From the NCBI RefSeq assembly GCF_963921235.1, contig NC_086108.1:32304001-32368000 (forward strand): DNA of 64,000 bases, in the 5' to 3' direction. Under the pieces are notes generated by a model. It saw nothing but the letters and a program-made list of their open reading frames with translations. It did no database searches and was not told the DNA's origin. Below are positions 1-12,953 of the stretch, piece after piece (the first letter of the stretch is position 1; every line of letters starts with the position of its first letter). The DNA comes from Mobula hypostoma (taxonomy: Eukaryota). The translations under genes were made by a program, and so were the position numbers.

Positions 1-410
1 CTGCTCCGCCATTCCATCATGGCTGATCCCAGATTCCACTCAACCCCATACACCTGCCTTCTCGCCATAACCTTTGATGCCCTGACCAATCAGGAAACTA
101 TCAACTTTTGCTTTAAATATACCCATGAACTTGGCCTCCACCACAGTCTGTGGCAGAGCATTCCACAGATTCACTACTCTCTGACTAAAAATATTCTTCC
201 TTACCCTTTTCAGGTCGTCCCTTCATTTAGAGGCTGTGCCCTCGAGATCTGGATACCCTCACCATAGGGAACATCCTCTCCACATCCACCTTATCTAGTG
301 TTTTCAACATTCGGTAGGTTTCCAAATTCCCGTGAGTACAGGACCAAAGCTGTCAAACGCTCCTCATTCTTGGAATCATCCTTGCGAACTTCCTCTGGAC
401 TTTCTCCAAT
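1..410 (-). mobile_element. CR1 LINE 3' fragment (degenerate)
   Basis: Reverse complement resembles the 3' end of the intact CR1 at 33700-34140 (gatcagccatgat, end of ORF2). Confidence 0.7.
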
Positions 411-1053
411 AACCACATATCCACAATGATAAGTTATGCCATCAGTTGGCAAAACAATAATGACCACGATCATCTGTTGCAGATGATGTTTGATGAAGGA
501 ATATTGATAAAGTCACCTAAGAATGCCCCTGAGTTTGAATAGTCTCATGGAATATTTTGCATCTATCTCTACCTAAGAGGAGACAGAGTTTCAACTTAGA
601 TTCCCATCTGAAAGATGGTAGTTTTGACAACAAACACAGGCAACAGGTTTTGCAGATGCATGTTTTTAAGTATTTTGTGCAGCTTGTCTAAGAATAAGTT
701 TATTAAGTAATCCCCTTACCTTTCATTTAACAATCCACTTTAATAAGCAGTTATTAATATGACTGCATTGTGAATTCAATCACTAATGTCTTGTCTATAG
801 GTCCCATGAATAAAAAATAGTACTGTCAACTTATCACTGAGAAGGCACTGGCGCATATGAGAAATCTGGCATTTTATTCCATTGAACATGAATTCCATTC
901 AGGTTTAGCAGAATAATATGCACCTTAATGTGCAGTGTAATGTTGAGTTACATTGAAGACGGCTGAATCAGTTGAATTGGAGACACGTGATACTGCAAAT
1001 GCTGGATACATGTTAATTGGAGCTCAGTTTATGATATGACACACTACTGGATA

Positions 1054-1072
1054 TTGCCACTAGATGGCAGAA
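1054..1072 (+). promoter_or_regulatory. Candidate CTCF binding site
   Basis: ttgCCACTAGATGGCAGaa fits the CTCF core CCASYAGRKGGC and lies in non-repetitive sequence. Confidence 0.4.
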
Positions 1073-1744
1073 GTCTCATGCTTTATCCACATACGCCCAA
1101 GGTCAAAAATAGGATTTAGCAATAAACATGCAACACATTTTATGCTTTTATGAATAAAATTAATCATTTAATCTGCTTTATTGTATAGCCTTGAGATGCA
1201 AAATGTGGATTATAAATCATAGTTATGAAAAATAATCTAGCTGCAGTTGTAATGAATGCTCATGGTCATAGAATACCTGTTGTTTATCAAAATGACATTT
1301 TTCGTTTCCATAAATGTGCTCCTCTTAGAACAGATAATACATGTACAGTGCAGTGTAATTTTTATTGATCATGGGAGCAATAAGTATGACATTAATTATT
1401 AAACTCGCAGTACAGTCATGGTTAAATACATCAGTTGGAGTTGTGTTCCTGTTAGAAGACACAAATAGGAGAAATAGCAATAGAAACATTGCAGCATTCT
1501 GTACTAGAATGTCAGTAATAATGAGGGATGAGTTGGCTTGAAGGGATTGGAATAATAGTGTTATGTATCTTGGGCATGGTTCAAAAATGCTTTAGTGACA
1601 GTATCCTTAAGGCTAAGTCAATAAAGTGCATTACTGCCAGGAAACTTAACTTGAACCCATCTAGAGGTCTTTGGCTGGCTTGCTTTTTGCTGGCTTTACA
1701 GAATTTCAGTCTGGGCTTTGGAAAGATCTGCAGCTCAGATCATT

Positions 1745-2536
1745 ATACAATAAAAAAGGTACAACAATAACAATGCAGAATGAAGTGTAGAAGTTACTCA
1801 CAGTACAGTGCAGGTAAATGATAAAGTATAAGATCCTCATGAGGTGGATTGTGAGGCCAAGAGTCCATCTTACCGTGCATGAGGTCGGTTCGAAGAGTCT
1901 GCTAACAGTCGGATAGAAACTGTCCTTGAGACCGTTAGTAGGTCCTTTCTGGCTTTTGTATTTTCTGTCCGGTGTGAGAGATTAGAACAGAGAATGTCCT
2001 GCTTGGGAGGCTCTTTGATGATACTGGCTGCTTTGCTGAGGCAGCGAGAAATAGACAGTCCGTAGAGGGTAGACTGGTTCATTTGATGTGCTGAGATGGG
2101 TCCAGCAGTTTCTTATGGTGACGTACAGAGCAGTTGCCGTACCAAGACGTCCTGCATCTAGACAATGCAATGATAAAAATTGGTCAGAGTCGAATTTCTT
2201 TAGTTTCCTGAGGAAATCGAGGTGTTGGTGAGCTTGCTTGTCATGACGTTAATGTGGTTGGACTAGGACTGTCTGTTGCTGATGTCCGTGTCTAGAAACT
2301 TGAAGCTCTCCACCCTCTCAATTTCAACACCGTTGATGTGGACATGAGCATGTGACCAGCTCCCTTCTGAAGGCAATGACCTGCTCTTTAGTTGACAGTG
2401 AGAGCAAGGATATTGTCATAACACCATGTCACTCTGCTCCCTACCTCCTTTCTGTACTCTGATTCATCATTATTTGAGATACGACCCACTACAGTCGTAT
2501 CATCTGTAAATTTGTAGATGAAGTTGGAGCAGAATC
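1745..2536 (-). mobile_element. Rex1/Babar-like non-LTR retrotransposon fragment
   Basis: Minus-strand peptides YKFTDDTTVVGRISNNDESEYR and RCLSKAASIIKEP are homologous to the RT C-terminal region of the copy at 61.5-64 kb. Confidence 0.75.
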
Positions 2537-3400
2537 CGGCCAAAATGTTCATTTTAACTTCATCAGTCCACAGGACTTGTTTCCAAAATGCATCAGGCTT
2601 GTTTAGATCTTCCTTTGAACCTTTTGAATAGAACCTTTTGGCCACGATGAGCAAAAGTATGTTTGGAGAAAAGGGGGTGCAGAATTTCATGAGAAGAACT
2701 CCTCTCCAGCTGTTGAGCACGGGGGTGGACCGATCATGCTTTGGGCTTGTGTTGCAGCCAGTGGCACGGGGAACATTTACTGGTAGAGGGAAAAATGAAT
2801 TCAATTAAATACCAGCAAATTTTGGAAGCAAACATCACACTGTCTGTAAAAAAGCTGAAGGTGAAAAGAGGATGGCTTCTACAACAGGATAATGATCCTA
2901 AACACACCTCAAATTCCACAATGGACTACCTCAAAAGGCGCAAGCTGAAGGTTTTGCCATGGCCCTCACAGTCCCCTGACTTAAACATCATTGAAAATCT
3001 GTGGCTAGACCTCAAAAGAGCAGTGCATGCAAGACGGCCCAAGAATCTCACAGAACTAGAAGCCTTTTGCAAGGAAGTATGGGTGAAAATCCCCCAAACA
3101 AGAATTGAAAGACTCTTAGCTGACTACAGAAAGCATTTACAAGCTGTGATACTTGCCAAAGGGGGTGTTACTAAGTACTGACCATGCAGGGTGCCCAAAC
3201 TTTTGCTTTGGGCCCTTTTCCTTTTTTGTTATTTTGAAACTGTAAAAGATAGAAATAAAAAAAGTAATCTTGCTTAAAATATTAAAGAAATGTGTCCTCT
3301 TTAACTTCATGCTTTTTGGAAATAGTTCATCTTATATTCGCTTAGCTATTCACAGTAACAGAAATTTTGACTGTGGTGCCCAAACTTTTGCATGCCACTG
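2537..3400 (+). mobile_element. Tc1-family (DD34E, IR/DR type) transposon, 5'-truncated with a small inversion
   Basis: ORF 2741-3181 has QQDNDPKH...SPDLNIIE with 34 residues between D and E. The right TIR ends in ccactg followed by TA (3401-3402). An internal direct repeat ggtgcccaaacttttgc occurs at about 3190 and about 3375. Confidence 0.9.
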
Positions 3401-3664
3401 TATGTATTAATTGTTCTTGTTCATAATTTTTTCCACCCAAAACAGTTCCAGGCAGTTTAATTTTAGTATATGCATAAAGCACTGTTACTTATGTTCAGAG
3501 TGGAGGTGAATTAGCATCCAAACCTTATAAGAAGCACCTGCTAATGTTTCCTCCCAAATCTCTGTTGGGTTGAAATTTCAAAGAGTACATGGGTTGGCTT
3601 GTTATTGTCTCTACTACCTCCAACTGTATGTATTGCCTTAGCAACTATTTGGAGGGGGGGTTGG

Positions 3665-4384
3665 AGTTCAAAGCAAATTTATTTTCAAAGTACATGTATG
3701 TCACCCTATAGAACACAGATTCATTTTCTAACGGGCATACTCAATAAATCCAGTAACCATCATCGAATTAATGAAAGACCACCCCAAATGCGTGTACAGC
3801 CAGTTTGCAAAAGACAAGAAAACTACAAATACAAAATTAAATAATAATAATAAATAAAGCAGTAGATATCAAAATCAAGAGATGAAGAGTCCTTAGGTTG
3901 TGGAAACAGGTCAGTGATGGGGTGAGTGAAGTTATTTCCTTTGGTTCACGAGCCTGATGGTTGAAAGGTGGTAACTGTTCCTGAACCTGGTGGTGAGTCC
4001 TGAGGCTCCTGTACCACCGCCATTATGGCAGCAACGAGAAGAGAGCATGACCTGGGTAATGGGCTCCCTGATGGTGGATGCTGCTTTCCTGTGATAACGC
4101 TTCATGTAGATGTGCTCCGTGGTGGGGAAGGCTTTACCTGTGATGGACTGGGCTGTATCCGGTGCATTCTGTAGGATTTTCCATTCAAGGGCATTGGTGT
4201 TTCCATACCAGGCTGTGATACAGCCAGTCAGTATACTCTCCACCACACATCTATAGAAGTGTGTCAAAGTTTTAGATGTTATGCTAAATCTCTGCAAGCT
4301 CCTAAGGCAGTAGAAGCACCTCTGTGCTTCCTTCTGTGTGCTGGGCCCAGGACGGGTCCTCTGAAATGTAGGATGACCTCGCAT
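3665..4384 (-). mobile_element. Rex1/Babar-like LINE 3' fragment
   Basis: ORF 3932-4384 contains FYRCVVESILTGCITAWYGN, homologous to the other Rex-like copies. Confidence 0.75.
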
Positions 4385-4525
4385 GCTGTTCCAATTTCCA
4401 AAGTGCTCACTGTGCTGTTGTGACTCTCAGATTGTTTTGCCTGCCAGCTGCCCAGAGACGTTCAGTAAGTTTCCAAAATAAATCATGAGGAGCACGGGTA
4501 GGGTGAATGTACACAGTCCTTAGGG

Positions 4526-4606
4526 CAAGGGTTCTCAATACGGGACCCATGGGCCTCTTGGTCAATGGTAAGGCTCCATGGCATAAAAAAAGTTTGGGAG
4601 CCCCTG
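4526..4606. mobile_element. ~80-bp hAT-type MITE inserted in a CR1 fragment
   Basis: TIRs caagggttctcaa / ttgggagcccctg with an 8-bp TSD (ccttaggg / ctttaggg). Related copies at about 8111-8190, 9720-9778 and 22621-22701. Confidence 0.7.
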
Positions 4607-5999
4607 CTTTAGGGAATCAGAACTAGAGGGCCTAGGTTAAGGGCAAGAAGAGGAGATTTAGTAGGAACCTGAGGGCAACTTTGTCAACCAGAAGGCGGTC
4701 AATGTATAGAATATACTGCCAGAGGAAGCTTTTGAGGCAGTTATCTGTTTAATTGTCCTTTTGCGTGTTGTTAATGTATGTGGATAAGAAAGGTTTAGTG
4801 GGATACAAGTGGGAATTATGGGCCATTCGAGCTGAAGAGCCGTTTCCATGCGATATGACTTCTTAAGTGCTATGATCAACCTGTTTGTGATGTGGGTTCA
4901 TATCCGGTACGAATTTACAATGCAACAATAAATCCCCATCCCATGAATCTGCCCTGAATTCATGTGCAGATCCCAGATATAAAATAGCAGTGATATCCAG
5001 TCCCTTCAATGCATGACCCTTGGATTCTCTCTGCCGTTGTCGCTAGATTCCAGCACCACTGGCCGATTGGAAGACTGTTTTCATTCAAAGCCTATTTTCT
5101 GTGGCCCGGATCTGTGGCGAAAAGCTATGAAGCATTCTTTCATCTGCATTCCTCATTCCACTTGCTAGTCTCCTGGGGAGTACTGCTGGATTTAAGCTTT
5201 TGTTTGTGCTTGTAAAAAAAGAAGCAAGAAAAATAGTGGCATCTGTGTATCTCATTTTAAGTTCAAGTTTTAAGTTCCAACAGTGTTTTAATTCGTAGTA
5301 ACAAAAACCGTATAAATATGTTTCCCAAATCCTGAACTAAGATTACCACACTTCTCAAACAGGTTAAAAAGCACGTTGCTCCAACATTGTTCAGGCCCTT
5401 CGGCCCATGATGTTGTGCCAAACTTATAACTAAGGCCAATTTAACTTTGTGTCATTTTTTAGCTGGGCATGTTTATCAGGTGCTCTTGGCTTTAGTTAAC
5501 CATTCGGAAGCAGGCAGGTTTTTAAATCATGGGGGAAGGTTAAGATTGTTTATTGAATAGAACTGACTGACATTGAGCTGTACTCAGATTGGAATGTGTG
5601 GCTTCAATGACACACGTATGGATTCATCAGAATTGTCAATATGAAGTGTGAGACTCAGTGTGGTAAAGCACACAGAAACATCCAAGGCCATTGATTTATT
5701 CAGGAACCGAAGTTTTTTTTTCTCAAATAAAGATTCCAAGAAGTTTCCATGTTTCAATGGCGTTTATTGTTTGAATGACTTTCAAAGGACAGAATGCTGC
5801 TTCAAAGCTTGTGGAACTCTCATTTCAGAGGATATATGTTCATCACCCGTCCTATAACCCGAGCAAACCATCTAGTCTGGTTCTAAGAGAGTGCTGTACT
5901 GTTGGAGATGGCTCATTTCAAGGAATAGTTTAAAAAAAAACTGGGAGGACTTGACGCCATTGTACAGGACACCAGTGACTTCAAGGTTTCGTAAACCTG

Positions 6000-6445
6000 T
6001 TATAGGAAGGAACTTATTAAACGGGAAAGATGGACAAGGATGATGCCAGGACTTAAGGGACTGAGCTATGGGGAGGGGTTGGACAGGCTAAAAATGTATT
6101 CCTTAGAGCTTTGGAGATTGAGAGGAGATCTTATAGAGGTGTATGATATAAAAGTCACTCAGTCTTTTTCCCAGAAGTGGGAAATGAAAAACAGAAAGGC
6201 ACGGGTTTAAAGTGAGAGGGGAAAGATTTAATAGGAACTTGAGGGGCAACAGAGGGTGGCGTCTATGTGGGCTTGGCTAACAGGGGACAGGTACAATAGC
6301 AGCTTTTTAAAGACACTGAGACAGGAATATGATTGGAAAGGTGCAGAAGGTACTGAGTCAAACTGGCAAATTGGACAAACTTGGTAAGCCAAATGGACCA
6401 GGGAGGCCATAGGACCTGTTTCAGTGCTGTTAACTTGAATTCTTC
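6000..6445 (+). mobile_element. CR1 LINE 3' fragment (degenerate)
   Basis: Resembles the CR1 ORF2 C-terminus (ttgagaggagatcttatagaggtgtat; GDLIEVY). Confidence 0.65.
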
Positions 6446-6679
6446 CTGACGCCAGTCAACCACGCTCCCATCTATTTCCAGGTGGGTTTAAAAGATCCCA
6501 CATCACCTTCAAAAGAGGAGATATCACGTAATATTTATGACAAACATAAATCATAAATTTATTTGTTAATAGCATACAATGATTCAAGATTGTTTCTTAA
6601 AGCATTGGTAATTCAATGGAAGTATTCTATTTTCAAAAACGTCTGAGTAATTTAGCATGGTTTGTTATCAATTAAAATA

Positions 6680-7439
6680 CTGGATTCCAGTTAATTAGGA
6701 CAGCCGCTTATTTGGGACAATTCTTTTTCTAATTCTTTGGGAAAATAGTTGGGATTCCCTTAATTTATTTTGACACTATGCCGCTTATTTGGGACAGGAG
6801 ACTGTTGCCAAGTAGTTTCTAACTAGCGACAGTCACATGCACCTTTGTGGCCGTTAGACGCTGCACTGTGCTTAGAGAGAACAGTTTTTAAATAGCATGG
6901 GTCACAAAACAGTGATTTTTCTCACTGATGGTTGGCAAGAAATAATCAGTAAGATAATTTGGAACTACTTTTCAAGCATTCATGCTTGAAGATGCCATAA
7001 ATGGCCAGGAGTGAAAATGGAGCGATTTCACAATTTCAAGTTAGGAACTGCGAAGAATTAGAAGGTATCGACTACCTGGAATGTTACAATGAAAATGAAG
7101 ATTTAGAGGATGCAATTGTCAAAAGCATTGTATGAAGGCGGTCCATTATCCCTGATTTTCATTTAGAGTCAATCTAGAGAACACGGAAGCATACACTGGA
7201 TGAATTCCTTTATTGATAATTATTAGAAACTGCAGCACAGTCTAATAGTACTGTAGTCATATTGGAAATATTCTAATTTGTTCTCTATTTCATTTAAATA
7301 CATAATTTGTTAGTTAAACAGTAGTTTGTCGTTTTTTAATGCTATTTTAACTATTTCTGTGAAACTTTGGCTAATTGGGACAGTTGCTTAATTGCCAAGA
7401 TGTACTGGTCTCTGTGTCCCAATTAACTGAAATCCACCG
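6680..7439. mobile_element. Non-autonomous Tc1/mariner-superfamily (Tigger/pogo-like) element
   Basis: Inverted termini tggattccagttaatt / aattaactgaaatcca, TA on both sides, and subterminal repeats ccgcttatttgggaca. Confidence 0.65.
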
Positions 7440-8329
7440 TATTACAGAAATATGAACCAGTGGGAATATAAAGACACATTACTGACTTGCACAGAGTTAT
7501 GACTAATGGGTGTCTTATAGACAGGAGCTGGTGTTGGGTGCATTTGTGCCAAAAGAAGGAAAGGTTTAAATGTAATCTAAACTGACAGCAGGAAATGTTT
7601 CCGCTTATGGTATGTCTGTAAGAGTTATATAAATAAGCTCATGAGTGACAAAGGCAATTTAGTGCCCTAGTGTGTGAGGTAATAGAATTAAGTAGAAAAA
7701 ATAACAAGGAACACAAGTATGCAGTTAAGATCCTTCGATGCAGATGAATAGAAAGAATGCTTAAACACGCAAGAAGTTGATAAAATGTAAAAGAACAATA
7801 GATTTTAGGGCACAATAAGGCAAGGCAGAGAGAATGGGGCTAATTTATGCATGGCCCCGATTCTGTTTCCATTGGTGCCTTGTATACAGTTGTTGGTGAG
7901 CTACTATGGAAAGGATATTTAGTTCACCTAGACTCGAGGTGAACCTATAGTGTTCCCAACCTTTTTCATGCCACGGACCAACAGCATCCTGATCCTAGAG
8001 GGTGATGAGCAGTAGAATGAGCTGCTAGAGTAAGTGGTAGAGGTGGGTACAATTGCACCATGTAAAGGGCATTTGGGCAGGTACAGTATATGGATAGAAA
8101 TGGTTTAGAGTAGAGATTCCCACCCTGGGGTCCACGGACTCCTTGCTTAATGAATGGTTCCAAAGCATAAAAAAAAACTGGGAACCCTTGGTTTTGTGAG
8201 ACAGAGGCCAAATGCTGGTGAATGGGTGGGCTGCATAGCTCTGAAAGATAAACAAATCCACAGGTACAAACGTGAGCAAAAATTGGGGATATTGAGGTTG
8301 TTTTGTTCAAAAGAATGATAAAGGGATAA

Positions 8330-11300
8330 AGAACGTAGAACAATACAAGTCCTTCAGCCTGTGAAGTTGTGCCAACCCCTTACCTACACTAAATTCAATC
8401 TAAACCTTCCTTCCCACATAGCCCTCCAGTTTTCTTTCATCTATATGCCTGTCTATGAATTTCTTAAATGTCTCACATCTCCCACCACCCCAGACTGTAC
8501 ATTCCACGCACCCACCACTCTGTATAAAAAAAACTTGCCTCTTACATCATTCCTGTACCTTTCTCCAATCACCCTTAAATATTGTGCCTCTTTGCCATGC
8601 TAACTAACTTCTCAATGCTTGTTAATCCTGTCTCTAAGAATCTTCTCCAATAGTTTGCCCACCACTGACATAAGACTCGCTGATCTATAATTCCCAGGAT
8701 TATCCTTGTTCCCTTTTTTTTTCGAATCTGTTGGGGTCATCTATTGCATCTGGTGCTCCCGGTGCAGCCTCCTCTACATTGGTGAAACCCGACACAGATT
8801 GGGGGACCGCTTCGTCGAGCACCTCCACTCCATCCACCTCAACAGACAGGATCTTCCGGTAGCCACCCACTTCAGCTCTGCTTCTCACTCCCATCCAGAT
8901 ATGTCCATACATGGCCTCCTCTGCTGCCATGATGAGGCTAAACTCAGGTTGGAGGAGCAACACCTCATATACCGTCTAGGTAGTCTCCAGCCCCTTGGTA
9001 TGAACATAGAATTCTCCAACTTCCGGTAATTCCCTCCTCCTCCCTTCCTCTATCCCTATTTCACATCACCTCCCTCATTGTTCCGCCTCCTTCTACTATT
9101 GTTCTCCTGCCAATCACCTCCCTGCTTCCCCTCCCCCACCCCTTTGTTACTGTTTTTTTCAACTACCAGCATTCTTCAAACCCTCCCCAAAGTTCTTTCT
9201 TCAGTCCTGACAAAGGGTTTCAGCCCGAAGTGTTGACTAATCTTTTCAACTGATGCTGACTGACCTGCTGAGTTCCTCCAGCGCATTGTGAGTGTTCCTT
9301 TGACAACAGCATCTGCAGATTATTTTGTGTTTACCCTTTTTTTTTTGAACAAAGGAATAACATTTGCCATCCTCTAATCTTCTGGTACTATTCCTGTGGG
9401 CAGTCAGGATGTAAAAATCATAGTCAAAGGCACAGCAGTTTCTACCCTTGTATCCTGTATTAACTTGCAGTATATCCCATTTGACTCTGGAGACTTTTGT
9501 ATCCTATTGTTTTTCAAAAGTTCCAGCATATCTTCATTCTTAATTTAGACATGTTCCAGTATATCATCCGGTTCCACACTGTCCTCACATTTGTCAAATA
9601 CCCCTCTCTAGTGAATGCTGAAGCAAAGTGTTAAGAACCTCCCTTACCTCCTCTGACTTCAGACACGTTTCCTCTCTCTATTCCTGATCTGTCCTACCCT
9701 CGTCCCAGTCATCCTCCTGTTCCACGGACCCTTCAGTTAATGGTAGGTGTTCATGGCATAAAAAGTCAGGAACCCTGTATCACATACATGTAGAATGCAT
9801 TGTGGGAGGGGCTATAATCCTTCTCATGAAGATCTTCTCATTGCTCTCTTCCAGCTCTCAGAAGTCCATTCTTAAGCTTTTTCCTGGCTACCGTGTAACT
9901 CTGCAGAGCCCTGTCTAATCTTTGTTTGCTTCTTTCTTACTCTTGACTGGATGTTCCATATCTCTAGTCAACCATGGTTCCCTCACCCTTCCTTTCATTC
10001 CCTGCCTCAATGGGGCAAATCATAAACACAAGATTCTGCAGATATGCAAATCCAGAGTAACACACACAAAATGCTGGAAGAACTCAGCAAGTTAGGCGTC
10101 TATAGAGAGGAATAAACAGTGTTTCAAGCCAAGACCCTTCAGCAGGACTGGAAAGGAACGGGTGGGCGTTACTCAATAGGATAAACCTATCCTGAGAGCC
10201 TCCTGCAAGTGCAACGTGGACATTTTTGTTGTGCATTTCCCTGACTACATCCATTCCCAATTTACACTCCCAAGTTTCTGCCTCATCATATCATAATTTG
10301 CGCTGCCCCAGTTAAATACTTTCCTATGCCGTCTGCTCCTATCTCTGTCCAAGCCTATAGTAAAGGTCAGGGATTTGTGATATCTGACTCCCAAATGCTC
10401 ACCCACTGAGAGATCTGTCACCTGACCAGGTTCATTATCCAGTACCAGTTCCAGACTGGACTCTCCACTAGTCAGCCTGTCCACATATTATGTCAGGAAT
10501 CCTTCCTGAACACACCTAACAAATTCAGCCCCAACAAAACCTTGTGCACCAAGGTGCCAATCTATATCAGGGAAGTTGAAGTCGCCCATGACAACCCTGC
10601 TATCACCTTTTCAAAATCTGTCTCCTGATCCGCACCGCAGTGTCTCTGCTGTTATTGTGGGGGGGTGGGTTCTATAGAATTTCTCCCAAATAGTGATTGC
10701 TCCTACTCTCACTGACTCAGTGGACAATCCCTCCATGGCATCCTCCCTTTCTGCAGCTGTTATACTAACTTTAACCAACAATACCACTTCCCCACCTCTT
10801 TTACCTTCCTGCCCGTCCCTGTCCCTTTTGAAACATCTAAACTCCGGAACATACAAACATACATCAGCCATTCCAGCCCTTCTGACAGCCCAGGCTTTGT
10901 AAAGGCCATTGGTCATGGGTCAGTACATGGAACCAAGTTCATCAGCTTTGTTCCTGATACTTACATTCAATTAGACATACATCCAACTGACTGCAATTAT
11001 GCCCTTTCCACTGCCTTTTCTTCCTCACAGTCTCTCTACACATGCATCTATCTTCACTCCAATTGTTCCATCCTCTGACCTGTCACTGTGGTTCCTAAAC
11101 CATACCAAACTAGTTTAAATCCTCCCCAACAGCTTTAGAAAACCTGCCCTTTTTGTGCAGGTCAGACCTTTCCCAGAAGAGATTCCAATGATCCTCAAAT
11201 CTGAAACCTTGGCCCCTGCACCAATTTTACAGCCGCACATCCATCTGAAAAATCATTTACTTCTTACCCTCTCTGCTGTGTGGCACAGGCAGCAATCCAG

Positions 11301-11690
11301 AGATTACTACCCTTGAGGTTCTGCTTTTCAACTTTCTACCTAGCTCCCTATATTCTCTCCAAGACCTCATCCCTTCTCCTGCATACGTCATTGATGCCAA
11401 TATGTATCACCACTTCTGACCACTCACGTCCACCTTAAGAATGCCATGGACCAGGTTTGACACGTCCTTGACCCTGGCACCTAGGAGACAACAAACCACC
11501 CATCTTTCATGTCCACAGAACCTCCTGTTCCCCGAACTATTGAAACGCCTATCACCACCACTCTCCAATTTTTCATCCCCCATTCCTTTCACTTCTGAGT
11601 CACAGAGCCAGACCCAGTGTCAGAAACCTCATCGCTGTGGCTTTCTCCCGTAAGGTCATTTCTCACAACAGTATCCAAAGCAGTATACTT
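8330..11690 (-). mobile_element. Degenerate CR1 LINE (ORF1 SGNH-esterase, endonuclease and RT remnants) with nested insertions
   Basis: Minus-strand peptides: RRFCG...VCCLLGARVKDVS (ORF1 esterase-like), FRCFKRDR...GKRGGEV and LELVLDNEPGQVTDLSVGEHLG (endonuclease). Confidence 0.75.
8727..9333 (+). mobile_element. Penelope-like element 3' fragment (GIY-YIG endonuclease) with hammerhead-like tail
   Basis: ORF contains VIYCIWCSRCSLLYIGETRHRLGDRFVEHL...HF...E...N (GIY-YIG). Flanked by a 16-bp near-duplication ccctttttttttYgaa (8711-8726 / 9334-9349). Confidence 0.85.
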
Positions 11691-12019
11691 TTTACAAGGA
11701 GGACATAAAGAAAAAAAGTTTTGTTTAGAAGAAAACATGTTTTTGCAACAATCTGGTATTTTCATGGTTACTCTTACAGGACAAGCATCTCAGTCTAGAT
11801 TTGTGTATTTAAATTAAATTCAATTCACTTCCCAGACAAATCCATGCTGAATTCTTGTCATGGACTCGCCCAACTATGGGAAACAGGAGTTGCCTGTTCA
11901 TCCGACCCAACTCCTAAGATTTTAAATCTCCAACTATCACTGATTGAGCAAAGCAACCTTTATTATCCATGCACCTAATGGAAACTATTTATTCCCACTG
12001 CTGCAGATTTTATTCTATT

Positions 12020-12260
12020 ATTTATTTAGAGATACAGCAAGGTAACAGGTCCTTCCAGCCCAAAGAGCCCATGCCACCTAATGATGTCCATGTGACCGAT
12101 TAACCTGCTAAGCTCTATGTCCTTGGAATGTAGGAGGAAACCGGAGCACCCGAAGGAAACTCTGATGGTCATGGGAAGAACGTACAAGCTCCTTACAGAC
12201 AGTGATGGAATCGCACCTGGGTCGCTGGTGCCGTAATGGCGTTACGCTAACCACTAACCA
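12020..12260 (-). mobile_element. tRNA-derived (HE1-like) SINE
   Basis: Reverse complement has a tRNA-like head, the gtttgtacgttct...ggtttcct core shared with the copies at 20036 and 47875, and an aataaa tail. Confidence 0.7.
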
Positions 12261-12744
12261 TTCTACCCCAGTGCTCATCGGCACTCCGTGAATGGCATGG
12301 AATGAAATGAGGCTGTAGGTGAAATGAGCAAGAAATTCACTATGTATTTATAAGACTGAATTTCTATTCACATATTTAAAAAATGGACATCTTATTTCCC
12401 AAAATTTCGAAGTCTAAAAGGACATTTATTATCAAAGTACATATGCAGTATGCAACAGGTTCTACCGTGTTTCTTTGCCTTGTGGCTGTCTGCAGGAGGA
12501 CACATCTCAGCCTTATATACTTTGATAATACATGTACTTTGACGTTGAAATTTCCCCTAATTTCCCAACCTCTATTTATTATTTTCTCATGGGTATTAGA
12601 AGAAAATTGGAAAACACGAAAATGCAGCTTAATTGTGACATTTTGGGACCGATGATTAGCTTCTATATTGATAGAGAATATGTTTATGATGTTTTAATGA
12701 TTAGAAATAACAAATGTTTTATTTGTGCCTCCACTATCTTCTAG

Positions 12745-12776
12745 AAAATGGTTCCTGTCAAAGTTACGACCTGAAG
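12745..12776 (+). CDS. ITPA: ITPA internal coding exon (32 bp; equivalent to human exon 5)
   Basis: Flanked by cttctag and gtaagt. Translates (I)KWFLSKLRPE(G), matching the ITPase motif KWFLEKLKPEG. Phase fits the next exon. Confidence 0.93.
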
Positions 12777-12953
12777 GTAAGTTATTTAATAGCTTTATGT
12801 GAGATACTATGACTTGTTGTAAACATTGGTAATTAGTGAGGAGGAAATGAAAGTTACGCTTTGCTGACATTTGGAAGTGGTTCAAGAATGTCCTCTTAGC
12901 TAAGGAATTTACAGTACTATGCAAAGGTCTTGGGCATATGTAGTATATCTGGC

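Noticed and set aside
1..12744. Upstream ITPA exons (VEDTCLCFNALGGLPGPY region)
   Set aside because: Not found by eye; they probably lie before the window, although a missed exon cannot be excluded.
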